A stretch of DNA of 64,000 nt from an uncultured Fibrobacterota bacterium (GTDB lineage Bacteria; Fibrobacterota; Chitinivibrionia; Chitinivibrionales; FEN-1185), in the NCBI GenBank assembly GCA_963729895.1, contig CAVSQB010000005.1, forward strand, positions 128,001 to 192,000, in the 5' to 3' direction. The notes beneath the pieces were generated by a model. The model was given only the letters and a program-made list of their open reading frames with translations. It did not search any database and was not told the DNA's origin. Made by a program: the position numbers and the translations under genes. Shown one piece after another: positions 19,501 through 28,720 of the stretch. Within the stretch, counting starts at the first letter, position 1, and each line of letters opens with the position of its first letter.

Positions 19501-21543
19501 ATGCCTTTCCGATCCTTCCCAATTCTGGCCGTCCTTGCAGCACTCACCTCCTTCACAGCATCCACTCTCCACGCCCAGATCATTCCTCCCGACCGCCGTA
19601 TCACCTGGGAAGGCAACATCGGCATTCCCAACGGCGTTCCAAGCAGAACGACGGTTTCCGCCACAATCAGCGCTGCAACCTATGGCAACGGAACAAACGA
19701 TGCAACAGCCGGAATTCAAACCGCGCTCAACAATTGCCCGGCAAGCCAGGTGGTGTTTCTGCAGGCAGGTACGTATCGGATCAACACCAGCCTCCACGTT
19801 CCCTCAAATGTTACGTTGCGCGGAGCAGGCCCCCAGCAAACCATCCTTGACGCGCACGGTACCGGCGAAGCCGTGATCAGCTTCGGTCAGGATGCAACTC
19901 CCTATGCCGCCAGCTCAATTGCGATAACCGGCGGAACGACGGCCGGTTCAAACAGCATCACGCTCGCGAGTGCAACAGGCGTGAGCGTCGGGTCTTATCT
20001 GTTAATTACAGAACTCAACGACACGGGTTTCGTCACCATCCAGGGCGGAGAGGGAAGCTGCACCTGGTGCGACGGCGGCCTGGGATGGAACGGCACGCGC
20101 AGCCTTGGCCAGATCGTGGAAGTGATATCCGTCAACGGCACGAGCATCGGTGTTGCGCCGCAGCTGTATATTGCCTACAACGCCGCGCTTTCCCCGCTTG
20201 CCACGCCGTTTTCGGCGGGCGCCAAATACGCGGGCGTGGAAGATCTCCAGGTGTACATGAACAATACCGGTTACACCTCAAACATCATCATGAATGGTTC
20301 GGCGTATTGTTGGGTAAAGGACATTGAAAGCAACTATACGGACGGCGATCACTTTCGCGCGTTCTGGGCATACCGCTGCGAGGTCCGCGACAGTTATTTC
20401 CACGACGCATTCGCCCATACGCCGGGCCAGACCGACGCCGATGTTTTCATTGCGGACAAGTCGAGCGGAGTGCTGATTGAGAACAACATCATGAGGCGCA
20501 TGCATGTGTCAATCATGCTCAACTGGGGGGCGGCGGGTAACGTGATAGGCTACAATTACTCGGCAAATGATTTCGACCAGAGTGCGTACAACGTGGTTAT
20601 GGGCGATCTATCCATGCACGGCTCGCACCCCATGTTCAATTTATACGAAGGCAATATCGCGACCTCGTTCCATCCCGACGGCATCTGGGGATCCAACAGC
20701 CATAACACGCTGTTCAGGAGCTGGCTTCTGGGGACGACAAAGATAAGCAACCCTCTGTCCGGCCGCGGCGTCGAGCAAACAGATTCCACGTGGTGGGCCT
20801 GCCAGGCAAACAGGGCGGTTAACGTGGATTTTGCCGGACGGTATTATAATATCATCGGCAATGTGGCGGGATCAACGGATCTGCTTCAGTTGACGTCATA
20901 TAACAATGGGACGAATCGCATTCCTGCGGTGTCAATGATCATCGCGCCCCAGTACCGCTCCTACGATGCGACCACGTACTGTTACTGCTTTGGCTACAGC
21001 GAGGCAAGCGATGACGGCACCTCGGGAACATACCCCGAAGACAACAGGCTTCCCTTCACAACTGCCTTGCTTCACGGTAACTATGATTATGCCTCCGATT
21101 CTGTCAAGTGGGACCCTGCCATTTCCGATCATGATCTTCCTGCCTCCTTATACCTTCCTGCAAAGCCGGCCTGGTGGGGAACCATGCCTTGGCCGCCAAT
21201 CGGCCCGGACGTAAATCCGATGGTCAATGAAATTCCGGCCCAGGTTCGATTTGGAAGCGGTTTGAAGGCCGTCAGCGTCGGGTCACCGAAAATACCCGGC
21301 CGCGCTTTTGGTTTTACCCTGATCAGTGCCACTCGAATAAGCTACCTGATACCAACGTCGAGTCAGGTGAAATTGGAGGTTTTTGATGCGGCCGGGAAGC
21401 TCATCCAAACGCTGGTAAACGATCGTCGAGAAGCCGGCACTCACACGGTTTCGTGGAACGCAAAGGGATTGAGTGCCGGTGTTTATATCTGCAGGCTTGC
21501 AGCGGGGGATTTGATGGATGCGAGAAAAGAGGTTGCACGATAA
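19501..21543 (+). CDS. Secreted right-handed beta-helix protein with T9SS/FlgD-like C-terminal domain
   Basis: Signal peptide, IIPPDRR, 'DATAGIQTAL..CP...VFLQAGTY', CTD 'VFDAAGKLIQTL...WNAKGLSAGVYICRL'; AAGGAG SD. Confidence 0.8.
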   Translation: MPFRSFPILAVLAALTSFTASTLHAQIIPPDRRITWEGNIGIPNGVPSRTTVSATISAATYGNGTNDATAGIQTALNNCPASQVVFLQAGTYRINTSLHVPSNVTLRGAGPQQTILDAHGTGEAVISFGQDATPYAASSIAITGGTTAGSNSITLASATGVSVGSYLLITELNDTGFVTIQGGEGSCTWCDGGLGWNGTRSLGQIVEVISVNGTSIGVAPQLYIAYNAALSPLATPFSAGAKYAGVEDLQVYMNNTGYTSNIIMNGSAYCWVKDIESNYTDGDHFRAFWAYRCEVRDSYFHDAFAHTPGQTDADVFIADKSSGVLIENNIMRRMHVSIMLNWGAAGNVIGYNYSANDFDQSAYNVVMGDLSMHGSHPMFNLYEGNIATSFHPDGIWGSNSHNTLFRSWLLGTTKISNPLSGRGVEQTDSTWWACQANRAVNVDFAGRYYNIIGNVAGSTDLLQLTSYNNGTNRIPAVSMIIAPQYRSYDATTYCYCFGYSEASDDGTSGTYPEDNRLPFTTALLHGNYDYASDSVKWDPAISDHDLPASLYLPAKPAWWGTMPWPPIGPDVNPMVNEIPAQVRFGSGLKAVSVGSPKIPGRAFGFTLISATRISYLIPTSSQVKLEVFDAAGKLIQTLVNDRREAGTHTVSWNAKGLSAGVYICRLAAGDLMDARKEVAR

Positions 21544-21784
21544 CTGGGATGATTCGTCGTCGGACTGAATCCCATAGCGAGCGACTATAGATATGCTTTT
21601 TTCCAAAGGGATGGAAGATTGCAGGCTGCTCACTGGGGTGTATCCCCACAAGGGGACTTCCAAGGGTCGCATCCTGTGGTAATCGCGGTCTTCGCAGCTT
21701 GCTGCGAGGTTCTTCAATTGACAAAGGTGGACAAGATCCTTCCACCTTTGATGACGAAACGAAGGAGCTGTTAAAGGGGGCTTC

Positions 21785-23440
21785 ATGCCAGACAGACGTG
21801 GAATAGCAAAACGGGGAATATGGGGAATTGCGGTAATCGTCGGCCTCAGTTGCTTTGTCTTGAGGGAATCAGCTCAGGGCCAGGCTTACCCGGTCAAGGT
21901 GAGCGCAAACAAACGATACCTCGTTGACCAGAACAATGTTCCCTTTCTGATCGCCGGCGATGCGCCGCAGTCGCTCATGGTGAACATCTCGGAGGCTGAC
22001 GCGGACACGTATTTTGCGGACCGCGCGTCGCACGGTTTTAATTCCCTGTGGATCAACCTGCTCTGCGCGGATTACACGGGCGGACGAACCGACGCCAGCA
22101 CCTTTGACGGCATCCTTCCCTGGACCACGGCCGGCGATCTCTCCACGCCCAACGAGGTTTACTTTTCCCACTGCGACCGGGTGCTTGCGCTTGCGGCAAA
22201 CCACGGTCTCCAGGTCTTCCTCGATCCGGCCGAGACCGGAGGCTTTCTCAGCGTGATGCTCGCCAACGGAGTTGCCAAGTGCCGCACTTACGGCAGGTTT
22301 CTCGGCAACCGCTACAAAAGCTTCGACAACATCGTCTGGCTGAGCGGCAACGACTACCAGAACTGGAGCAGCGCAGCGAACGATTCGGTGGTGACCGCGG
22401 TGGCGCTTGGCATCAAGGACAATGACACGCGCCACATTCACACCATCGAACTCAATTATCTCGTGAGCGGGTCGCTTGACGACCCGAACTGGGCGCCGAT
22501 AGTCTCGCTGAACGCTTCGTACACGTATTATCCAACATACGCCCAGGTGCTCAAGGATTACAACCGGACAAACTTCCAGCCTGTTTTTCTTATTGAGGCA
22601 AATTACGAGTTCGAAAGCCTCCAGGGCCCGGTGACAACCGCGGTCATCCTGCGGCGGCAGGAGTATTGGACTAACCTCTCCGGTGCAACGGGACAGTTTT
22701 ACGGCAACGGGTATATCTGGCCCTTCAAATCCGGCTGGAAGGACAATCTTGTCACCCCGGGCGCGGTCCAGATTGCCTTTGTCAAGGCACTATTTGAATC
22801 GCGGCCGTGGTACAACCTTGTGCCGGACACGGCCCATTCCGTTATGACCGCCGGGTACGGCGCCTTTTCGAGCACGGGCCATGTCGCGGACAACTATTGC
22901 GCGACCGCGGCGCGCACGCCTGACGGCGACCTGGTGATGGCGTATCTTCCATCCGGCCAGACAATAACCGTGGACATGACGAAACTCAGTTCGTCCGCAC
23001 ATGCCCAGTGGTACGATCCAGCCAGCGGGACCTACACGGCAATTGCGGGCTCGCCCTTTCCCAACACCGGCACGCGGAATTTTGCGCCGCCCGACACCAA
23101 TAGTGCAGGGGACAAGGATTTTGTCCTGGTGCTTGAGACCGGGACTTCCGTGTTGAGCCATAGGAGTACCCATGTTCCGGACGACATTATTGTAAAAGCG
23201 ACTTATAACCGCGCAACCGAGGAAATTGAGATTGTTCTCCATGGTAAAGGCAATGTTTCCGAGGTTGGCATATTTAATGCGGCCGGCAGACGAGTGGCGG
23301 TTTTGACGGCTGGCGCGTCCCATCAGCAGGGGACATGCACGTTCAGGTGGAACGCCTCCGCTTCGCCGTGCGGTCTGTATATGGTCCGGGCGCAGTCGGG
23401 AGGCATAACGGTTGTACGGCCGTTTGTGAAGACAAAATAA
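21785..23440 (+). CDS. DUF4038 / apiosidase (GH140)-like glycoside hydrolase with collagen-binding-like and C-terminal sorting domains
   Basis: 'KVSANKRYLVD...PFLIAGD', 'NIVWLSGND', 'IEANYE', 'WYDPASG', 'DFVLVL'; CTD with 'AAGRRVA...WNAS...GLYMVR'. Confidence 0.8.
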   Translation: MPDRRGIAKRGIWGIAVIVGLSCFVLRESAQGQAYPVKVSANKRYLVDQNNVPFLIAGDAPQSLMVNISEADADTYFADRASHGFNSLWINLLCADYTGGRTDASTFDGILPWTTAGDLSTPNEVYFSHCDRVLALAANHGLQVFLDPAETGGFLSVMLANGVAKCRTYGRFLGNRYKSFDNIVWLSGNDYQNWSSAANDSVVTAVALGIKDNDTRHIHTIELNYLVSGSLDDPNWAPIVSLNASYTYYPTYAQVLKDYNRTNFQPVFLIEANYEFESLQGPVTTAVILRRQEYWTNLSGATGQFYGNGYIWPFKSGWKDNLVTPGAVQIAFVKALFESRPWYNLVPDTAHSVMTAGYGAFSSTGHVADNYCATAARTPDGDLVMAYLPSGQTITVDMTKLSSSAHAQWYDPASGTYTAIAGSPFPNTGTRNFAPPDTNSAGDKDFVLVLETGTSVLSHRSTHVPDDIIVKATYNRATEEIEIVLHGKGNVSEVGIFNAAGRRVAVLTAGASHQQGTCTFRWNASASPCGLYMVRAQSGGITVVRPFVKTK

Positions 23441-23658
23441 TGCTGCCCCGTAAACAAGCGCCAAGGATGAAATGATCCAGTTTCGCCCATGAGATACATC
23501 CCGAAAGCACCATGTATCGTGAGCGTAACATGTCCATACACATTTTGCAGCGTCGCTTTCTTGGCATGGAATGCAAAGCAAAACCTGAAAGGATTCATTA
23601 TTATATAAGTAGTGTGAATAGAGTAAGAAAAAGTCAAATTCTCTTTATTGGTTATTTC

Positions 23659-23686
23659 TTGCATCGTTTTCCCGACCGCGTATATT
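23659..23686 (+). promoter_or_regulatory. Possible sigma70-type promoter
   Basis: TTGCAT-16 nt-TATATT after an AT-rich tract, about 40 nt upstream of ATG 23729. Confidence 0.3.
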
Positions 23687-23728
23687 ACCGGTTAGTACTC
23701 TAAACTAAGCAGGATAAATTCTATCCGC

Positions 23729-25375
23729 ATGAATCTTCTCATCAGGGGTTCGTTCAAGCCTTTAAGCCTGATGGCTTCTGCGGGCCTTTTTTTATCTCCG
23801 GTCCAAGCCGCCGACATCAACCTGACCGGCACGGTCAAGGATTCTTCAACGCAAAAGCCCATCAGCGGCGCCTCCGTCGGCCTTGTGAACCAACTGTTTT
23901 CAACTTTGACAGACGTGAATGGCTCGTACGTGCTGAGCGGTTCATCCGTACGTTTTTCCGGAAGCGTGAGGAATCAGATCATCCAAACTCCGTATTTCAG
24001 CCGGAACCGTATTCTTTTCGGCGTTGCCGATGACGGCGAGCGGGTCCGCATCGATCTCTACGACGTGTCGGGCCGGCGCGTGGCGTCCATTGTTGACAAG
24101 AGCCTCGGCCAGGGGAATTACGGGCTGAATCCGTTCCTTCCGGGACTCGCCGGCCAGCTGTATTTTGTCAAGATCCAGGCAGGCGCCCGGACCGCCATGA
24201 TCAAAATCCCGTATGTGAACAATGCGGCCGGCGGTTCAGGTTCGCTTGGAAAAGCTGGGGGAGGGCTCGAACCCGGCGCCGGGCTTGCCAGGATCGCGGC
24301 CGTCAGCGACACGCTTGTCGTTTCCGCCGCAGGCTACACAACCGCCCGCCTGGCCATTGCGTCCTACACCGGGGAAAACGACGTTGCGCTTGTTGCAGGC
24401 AGGGGACACCCCGGCACAATTTCGTATGATAACGGGTCGTACCAAAGCTGCCTGGTGCCGCTGGTCATTACGGTCGTTGACTCCGATCTTGCGGCTGCAA
24501 CAATCCCGGTGAAGGTGAAAAGCACCACGGACACCGCCGGCATCACGGTTCTTCTGAAGAAAATCGCCGGTGCTGCCGGGACGTATTCGGATAGCGTCTG
24601 GTTCACTATCGATAACTCCGATTCGGCGAGGCGCCGCATAGAGGTGAGGGATGGCGATGCCGTCACCGCCTTGTACCAGGATGCATCGCCGAAGGCGGTC
24701 GATTCCGTAACCACCATCTGGGCCGGCGTGATCGGTATTGTCCAGCCCGGCGGTTCGCCGGTTCTGGGCGTGGTTCGGCCGCTGTCGATTCACGTCTGGG
24801 ATTCCGACGTCACGGATTCCACGCTTGCGGTACACGTTTCCAGCGGGAAAGAGAAGACCGGGTTTCCGGTCATTTTGCATGCCGCAAGCGGGTCTGCCGG
24901 CGATTTCTTCGGCCACATCTGGTTTTCCCTCAAGGGCTCCGTTCCGGACAGCGTTCTCGCGGTGATGGGCGCAACTTCCGACACCGTTTTGATTGTCTAT
25001 CATGACCAGACCCCCGCTCAAGATGTTGCTGCCCCTGCCTGCATATGGCTGCCGGTGCTTGGCGTCATGTTTCTGGACTCGGCGGCGTATCACGGAACGG
25101 GCAGCCTCATGACTATCAACTTGAGCGACGACGACATAGCCGACAGCTCGGTAGTGGTCGGCATCGTAAGCCGTAAAGACCCGGTCGGCATCAAAGACAC
25201 CCTGCGGGTGACGGGCGGAACGATCAGAAATTTCATCGGTACGGTCGGATTTACAACAGGGACTTCACGTCCAGGGTTCATATCCGTGCAGGACGGGGAT
25301 TCGGTGGTTGTTTCCTATCAGGACGATTCGCCCGTGCAAACGGTGACCCAATCGGCGACGTGGAGCTCGAAATAG
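23729..25375 (+). CDS. Secreted protein: carboxypeptidase-regulatory-like domain with nested CTD-like domain, then three ~105-aa beta-rich repeats
   Basis: Signal peptide; 'GTVKD...PISGASV...TDVNGSY'; three repeats with 'D.D...V.V.S..D..G...V.DGD.V...YQD.SP'. Confidence 0.7.
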   Translation: MNLLIRGSFKPLSLMASAGLFLSPVQAADINLTGTVKDSSTQKPISGASVGLVNQLFSTLTDVNGSYVLSGSSVRFSGSVRNQIIQTPYFSRNRILFGVADDGERVRIDLYDVSGRRVASIVDKSLGQGNYGLNPFLPGLAGQLYFVKIQAGARTAMIKIPYVNNAAGGSGSLGKAGGGLEPGAGLARIAAVSDTLVVSAAGYTTARLAIASYTGENDVALVAGRGHPGTISYDNGSYQSCLVPLVITVVDSDLAAATIPVKVKSTTDTAGITVLLKKIAGAAGTYSDSVWFTIDNSDSARRRIEVRDGDAVTALYQDASPKAVDSVTTIWAGVIGIVQPGGSPVLGVVRPLSIHVWDSDVTDSTLAVHVSSGKEKTGFPVILHAASGSAGDFFGHIWFSLKGSVPDSVLAVMGATSDTVLIVYHDQTPAQDVAAPACIWLPVLGVMFLDSAAYHGTGSLMTINLSDDDIADSSVVVGIVSRKDPVGIKDTLRVTGGTIRNFIGTVGFTTGTSRPGFISVQDGDSVVVSYQDDSPVQTVTQSATWSSK

Positions 25376-25479
25376 TTAAGCCTATGGTTTATTGACAGAT
25401 GATTCATGCTTGACGATTGGAAGTCGTGCCTGATAGGTGCGACCGCGAACAAAAGAATGTGAATATATTCTTCTGCCAA

Positions 25480-25624
25480 GCGTTAGGCCGGACTGGAGGC
25501 CGCGCTGGAGCGCGGTGCCCCTGACCCGGTCGCGTACTCGCGGCATAGGGCCGAGGCGGCCCGAGGGCGTGCCCGAGACCGAAAGGACGGCCGACCCGCG
25601 CCCCAAAGGGCGCGGGAAACGCCC
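25480..25624 (-). repeat. Structured intergenic element copy B (Flavo-1-like)
   Basis: Reverse complement reads GGGCGTTTCCCGCGCCC-TTTG-GGGCGCGGGTCGGCC...CCCTATGCC...GTCCGGCCTAACGC. Confidence 0.7.
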
Positions 25625-25676
25625 AAGTAAAAACGCTTGAAACAGATTTAACCATCATCCGGAGGCATAAATAACC

Positions 25677-28493
25677 ATGAAAAGGATTGCGCCGCTTTTC
25701 AATTTCATGCTCTCATTTGTCATTGTTTGTCTCGGCGAAACCTACACGCCGGAGCCCAGCAACCGGGTGACGATCAACCTCGGCGAAACGCCGTGGAAAT
25801 TCACAAAGGGCGACGCGGTCAATGGGCAGAGTCCCACGCTTGCCGACAACGGCTGGAAGGACGTAGGGATTCCCCACTGCTGGAACGATACCGACACGTT
25901 TATCAATCAGGGCAGCGGCGGCGGAGACGGCTCAATGCTCGGCGGCATCTGCTGGTATAGAAAGCACTTTACACTGGACAATCAATACTCGGGCCGGAAG
26001 ATATTCATCGAGGTGGAGGGGGCGCATGTCGGCGCACAGGCATATATCAACGGGATCTTCTTACCCGGCAACAGCGCAGTGAATCCAAATGCCACCCATG
26101 TCATCGGGTTTATCGGATTCATCGTCGATGTTACGCCGAACGTGCAATTCGGCGGGGCCGACAACGTTTTCGCGGTGCGCGTGAGCAAGAGCGGCGGTTT
26201 CTACACCGATCCGGGTTTCTCCGAGGTGTTCAGGTTCGGACAAGAGGACGGCGGGTTGTTCCGCCCTGTGTGGATGCACATTACCGACAAGGTACATGTT
26301 CCCCAGAACGTGTACTCGGTACTCAACCGGTGGGGAACCTATGTGGCGACAAAGTCCGTGGCAAGCGACGGCTCGTCGGCAACCGTCGAGATCCAGACGA
26401 ACGTGTTCAACGAAAGCGCCTCGGCGCAGAACGTAACGCTCACCACAAAAGTGGTTGACGTACGCAACGGCAACAACGTGGTGCTGAGCCTCGACGCCAC
26501 GCAGTCCGTTGCTGCGGGCCAGAGTTTCACGTTCGACCAGGCCGGCGACATTGCCAATCCAACACTGTGGTATCCCAACAACAGCACCTTCGGCACGCCA
26601 TATCTCTACAAGGTGTACCATATAGTGAAAGTCGGCGGCACGACGCTGGACGTGTTCGAGAGTCCGCTCGGCATCCGGGTAATCACCTGGGACAAGAATT
26701 TTCCGTACATCAATGGGCACAAACACCTGTTGTTCGGCGGCGCTTCGCGGTACGATTACCCCGCGCTCGGCTCGGCGGTTCCCATCGAGCAGGAGTTTAG
26801 GGACGCAAAGCTGATGGCCCAGTGCGGCGGAAGCCTGTGGCGACCGGGGCATTCCTCGAGCAGCAAAGGGTTCGTCGATGCATGCGACAACTATGGGATC
26901 ATGCTGGTGCAGCCCAGCGGCGACGGCGAGAACGGTTTTGCCAATGTTGCCGTGACCGACGCAAAATACATTCTCAAGTCGGAGCTTCACCGAGACATGA
27001 TCATTCGCGACCGGAACAATCCGTCCATCCTGGCGTGGGAGGCGGACAACGGCGTCACGGCAACGCCGGTGGCGCAGGCGCTCAAGGCCATATCGGTGCA
27101 ATGGGATTCCATCAACACGCGCGCCCAGTCCGACAGGACTCCCAATCCCAACAACGGAGACATTCTCTCCTGTACCCTTTCGGGTTGCGAAATAGGAGTG
27201 AAGAATCAGTACCCCAACAACCCCGCCTGGTGCGCGGAGGCGTGGAACAGGAGCTCGGCGAGGTTCGCGTACGATTATGAGATTGCCTTTGCCGCGCAGT
27301 ACTTCCAGAATTGGCGGGCGAGTGTGGCGGCAAATTGCTTCGGCGTGTGCCAGTGGTACATGGCCGATACTCCGGGCGAGCAGGCGGACTATCTGGAAGG
27401 CCAGCCCGCGGCCGGTGTGAGGTCGACCGGGACCTCCATGATGGACTTCAACCGGTTCCCCAAAATGCTGTATAAAATCTACCAGGCCGCATGGACGCCG
27501 TACTCGATCAAACCTGTGGTGTCCCTCGCGCATCATTGGAACCGTTCGGGAACCGTGAGAGTCAACGCTTTCAGCAACTGTCCGAGCGTGCGGCTTTCGC
27601 TCAACGGAACGGCGATCAGCACCAAGACGCCGAACCCGGCCACGGGCAGCGGCGACAACAACGACCTCACCCAGACCACGACGCAGCTTCCGTTCCAGTG
27701 CTACTGGGACGTGGCCTGGGCGGCCGGGACACTCAAGGCCGAAGGCCTTGACTCCAGCGGCAATGTAGTGTGCTCTGACCAGAAAATAACGGCGGGAAAT
27801 CCGGACCATATCGTTCTCACGGTTGATTCCGCTATTGTGAAGCAAGACGGGGAAGTCTTCCAGATAAAGGCCAATGGTTCTGACGCGGCATTCATTGCAG
27901 CGAGAGTGGTTGATGCCCAAGGAAACCTGTGTCCCACGGCAAGCAACAACGTCACCTGGAGCGTATCCGGACCCGGCAATTACCGCGGCGGATCGGACGC
28001 GTATGTGACAACAGGCGAGCCGCTGGGCTATCATTCGCCCCTTGATCCTGAACTCGCGGCGGAAGGAGGGATGTGCAAGGTGGCGGTACGCTCCACATTT
28101 GTCTCCGGCACGGTGACGGTCACCGCCGCATCGCCCGGACTAGGCACGGGCACGGCAACGTTCCCGGTTGTTGATTTGGGCGCAACAGCCGTGAAAAGTC
28201 CTCTTGTTCTTTGGCGGGGGGGCGCATCACCGTCATTATTCAGAATGGCCGTGGAAGGTGGGATACTGCGATATTATCTCGGTAAACCTTCGGCTGTTGC
28301 CTTCGAAATCCTCAACGCGAACGGAAGGCTCGTGAGGCGGATCGCCGGTTCAAGACAGGCACAAGGTTGGCACCCCCTGCAGATTGGGGGAACGGCGAAC
28401 GCGGGTGAACCGGCGGTGAATGGCGTTTACTTTGTGCGATGCTCGGTGGACGGGAGCTATCAATCCACAAAGCTGATCCCGTTTGTGCGCTGA
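25677..28493 (+). CDS. Glycoside hydrolase family 2 protein (beta-galactosidase-like, DUF4982 and Ig domains) with C-terminal sorting domain
   Basis: 'IPHCWN', 'WYRKHF', 'GGLFRPVW', 'GIR', 'RDRNNPSILAWE', 'HHWN', 'GTLKAEG'; GGAGG SD. Confidence 0.88.
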   Translation: MKRIAPLFNFMLSFVIVCLGETYTPEPSNRVTINLGETPWKFTKGDAVNGQSPTLADNGWKDVGIPHCWNDTDTFINQGSGGGDGSMLGGICWYRKHFTLDNQYSGRKIFIEVEGAHVGAQAYINGIFLPGNSAVNPNATHVIGFIGFIVDVTPNVQFGGADNVFAVRVSKSGGFYTDPGFSEVFRFGQEDGGLFRPVWMHITDKVHVPQNVYSVLNRWGTYVATKSVASDGSSATVEIQTNVFNESASAQNVTLTTKVVDVRNGNNVVLSLDATQSVAAGQSFTFDQAGDIANPTLWYPNNSTFGTPYLYKVYHIVKVGGTTLDVFESPLGIRVITWDKNFPYINGHKHLLFGGASRYDYPALGSAVPIEQEFRDAKLMAQCGGSLWRPGHSSSSKGFVDACDNYGIMLVQPSGDGENGFANVAVTDAKYILKSELHRDMIIRDRNNPSILAWEADNGVTATPVAQALKAISVQWDSINTRAQSDRTPNPNNGDILSCTLSGCEIGVKNQYPNNPAWCAEAWNRSSARFAYDYEIAFAAQYFQNWRASVAANCFGVCQWYMADTPGEQADYLEGQPAAGVRSTGTSMMDFNRFPKMLYKIYQAAWTPYSIKPVVSLAHHWNRSGTVRVNAFSNCPSVRLSLNGTAISTKTPNPATGSGDNNDLTQTTTQLPFQCYWDVAWAAGTLKAEGLDSSGNVVCSDQKITAGNPDHIVLTVDSAIVKQDGEVFQIKANGSDAAFIAARVVDAQGNLCPTASNNVTWSVSGPGNYRGGSDAYVTTGEPLGYHSPLDPELAAEGGMCKVAVRSTFVSGTVTVTAASPGLGTGTATFPVVDLGATAVKSPLVLWRGGASPSLFRMAVEGGILRYYLGKPSAVAFEILNANGRLVRRIAGSRQAQGWHPLQIGGTANAGEPAVNGVYFVRCSVDGSYQSTKLIPFVR

Positions 28494-28599
28494 TATGTTT
28501 TAGGGCCTTCTGTTGATTCGTGTGTAACACCCTTCTCAGATTACCGGAAGAGGGGTTTGTAAGGCGTTGGCGCTATTATAGAAACAACTCTTCAAATAA

Positions 28600-28625
28600 G
28601 TCCCCCTTCGGGGGATTTAGGGGGC
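28600..28625. repeat. Short palindromic REP-like motif
   Basis: TCCCCC-TTCG-GGGGA hairpin followed by TTTAGGGGGC in intergenic DNA; single copy in this window. Confidence 0.35.
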
Positions 28626-28720
28626 AGGTAAGAAGTGGTGGAATTAAAACTGAATTCTCGGAGACCATATCAACTTAAAACGCGCTCGCGACGCCATATT
28701 TCCAAAGAGAAAGGATCGCT

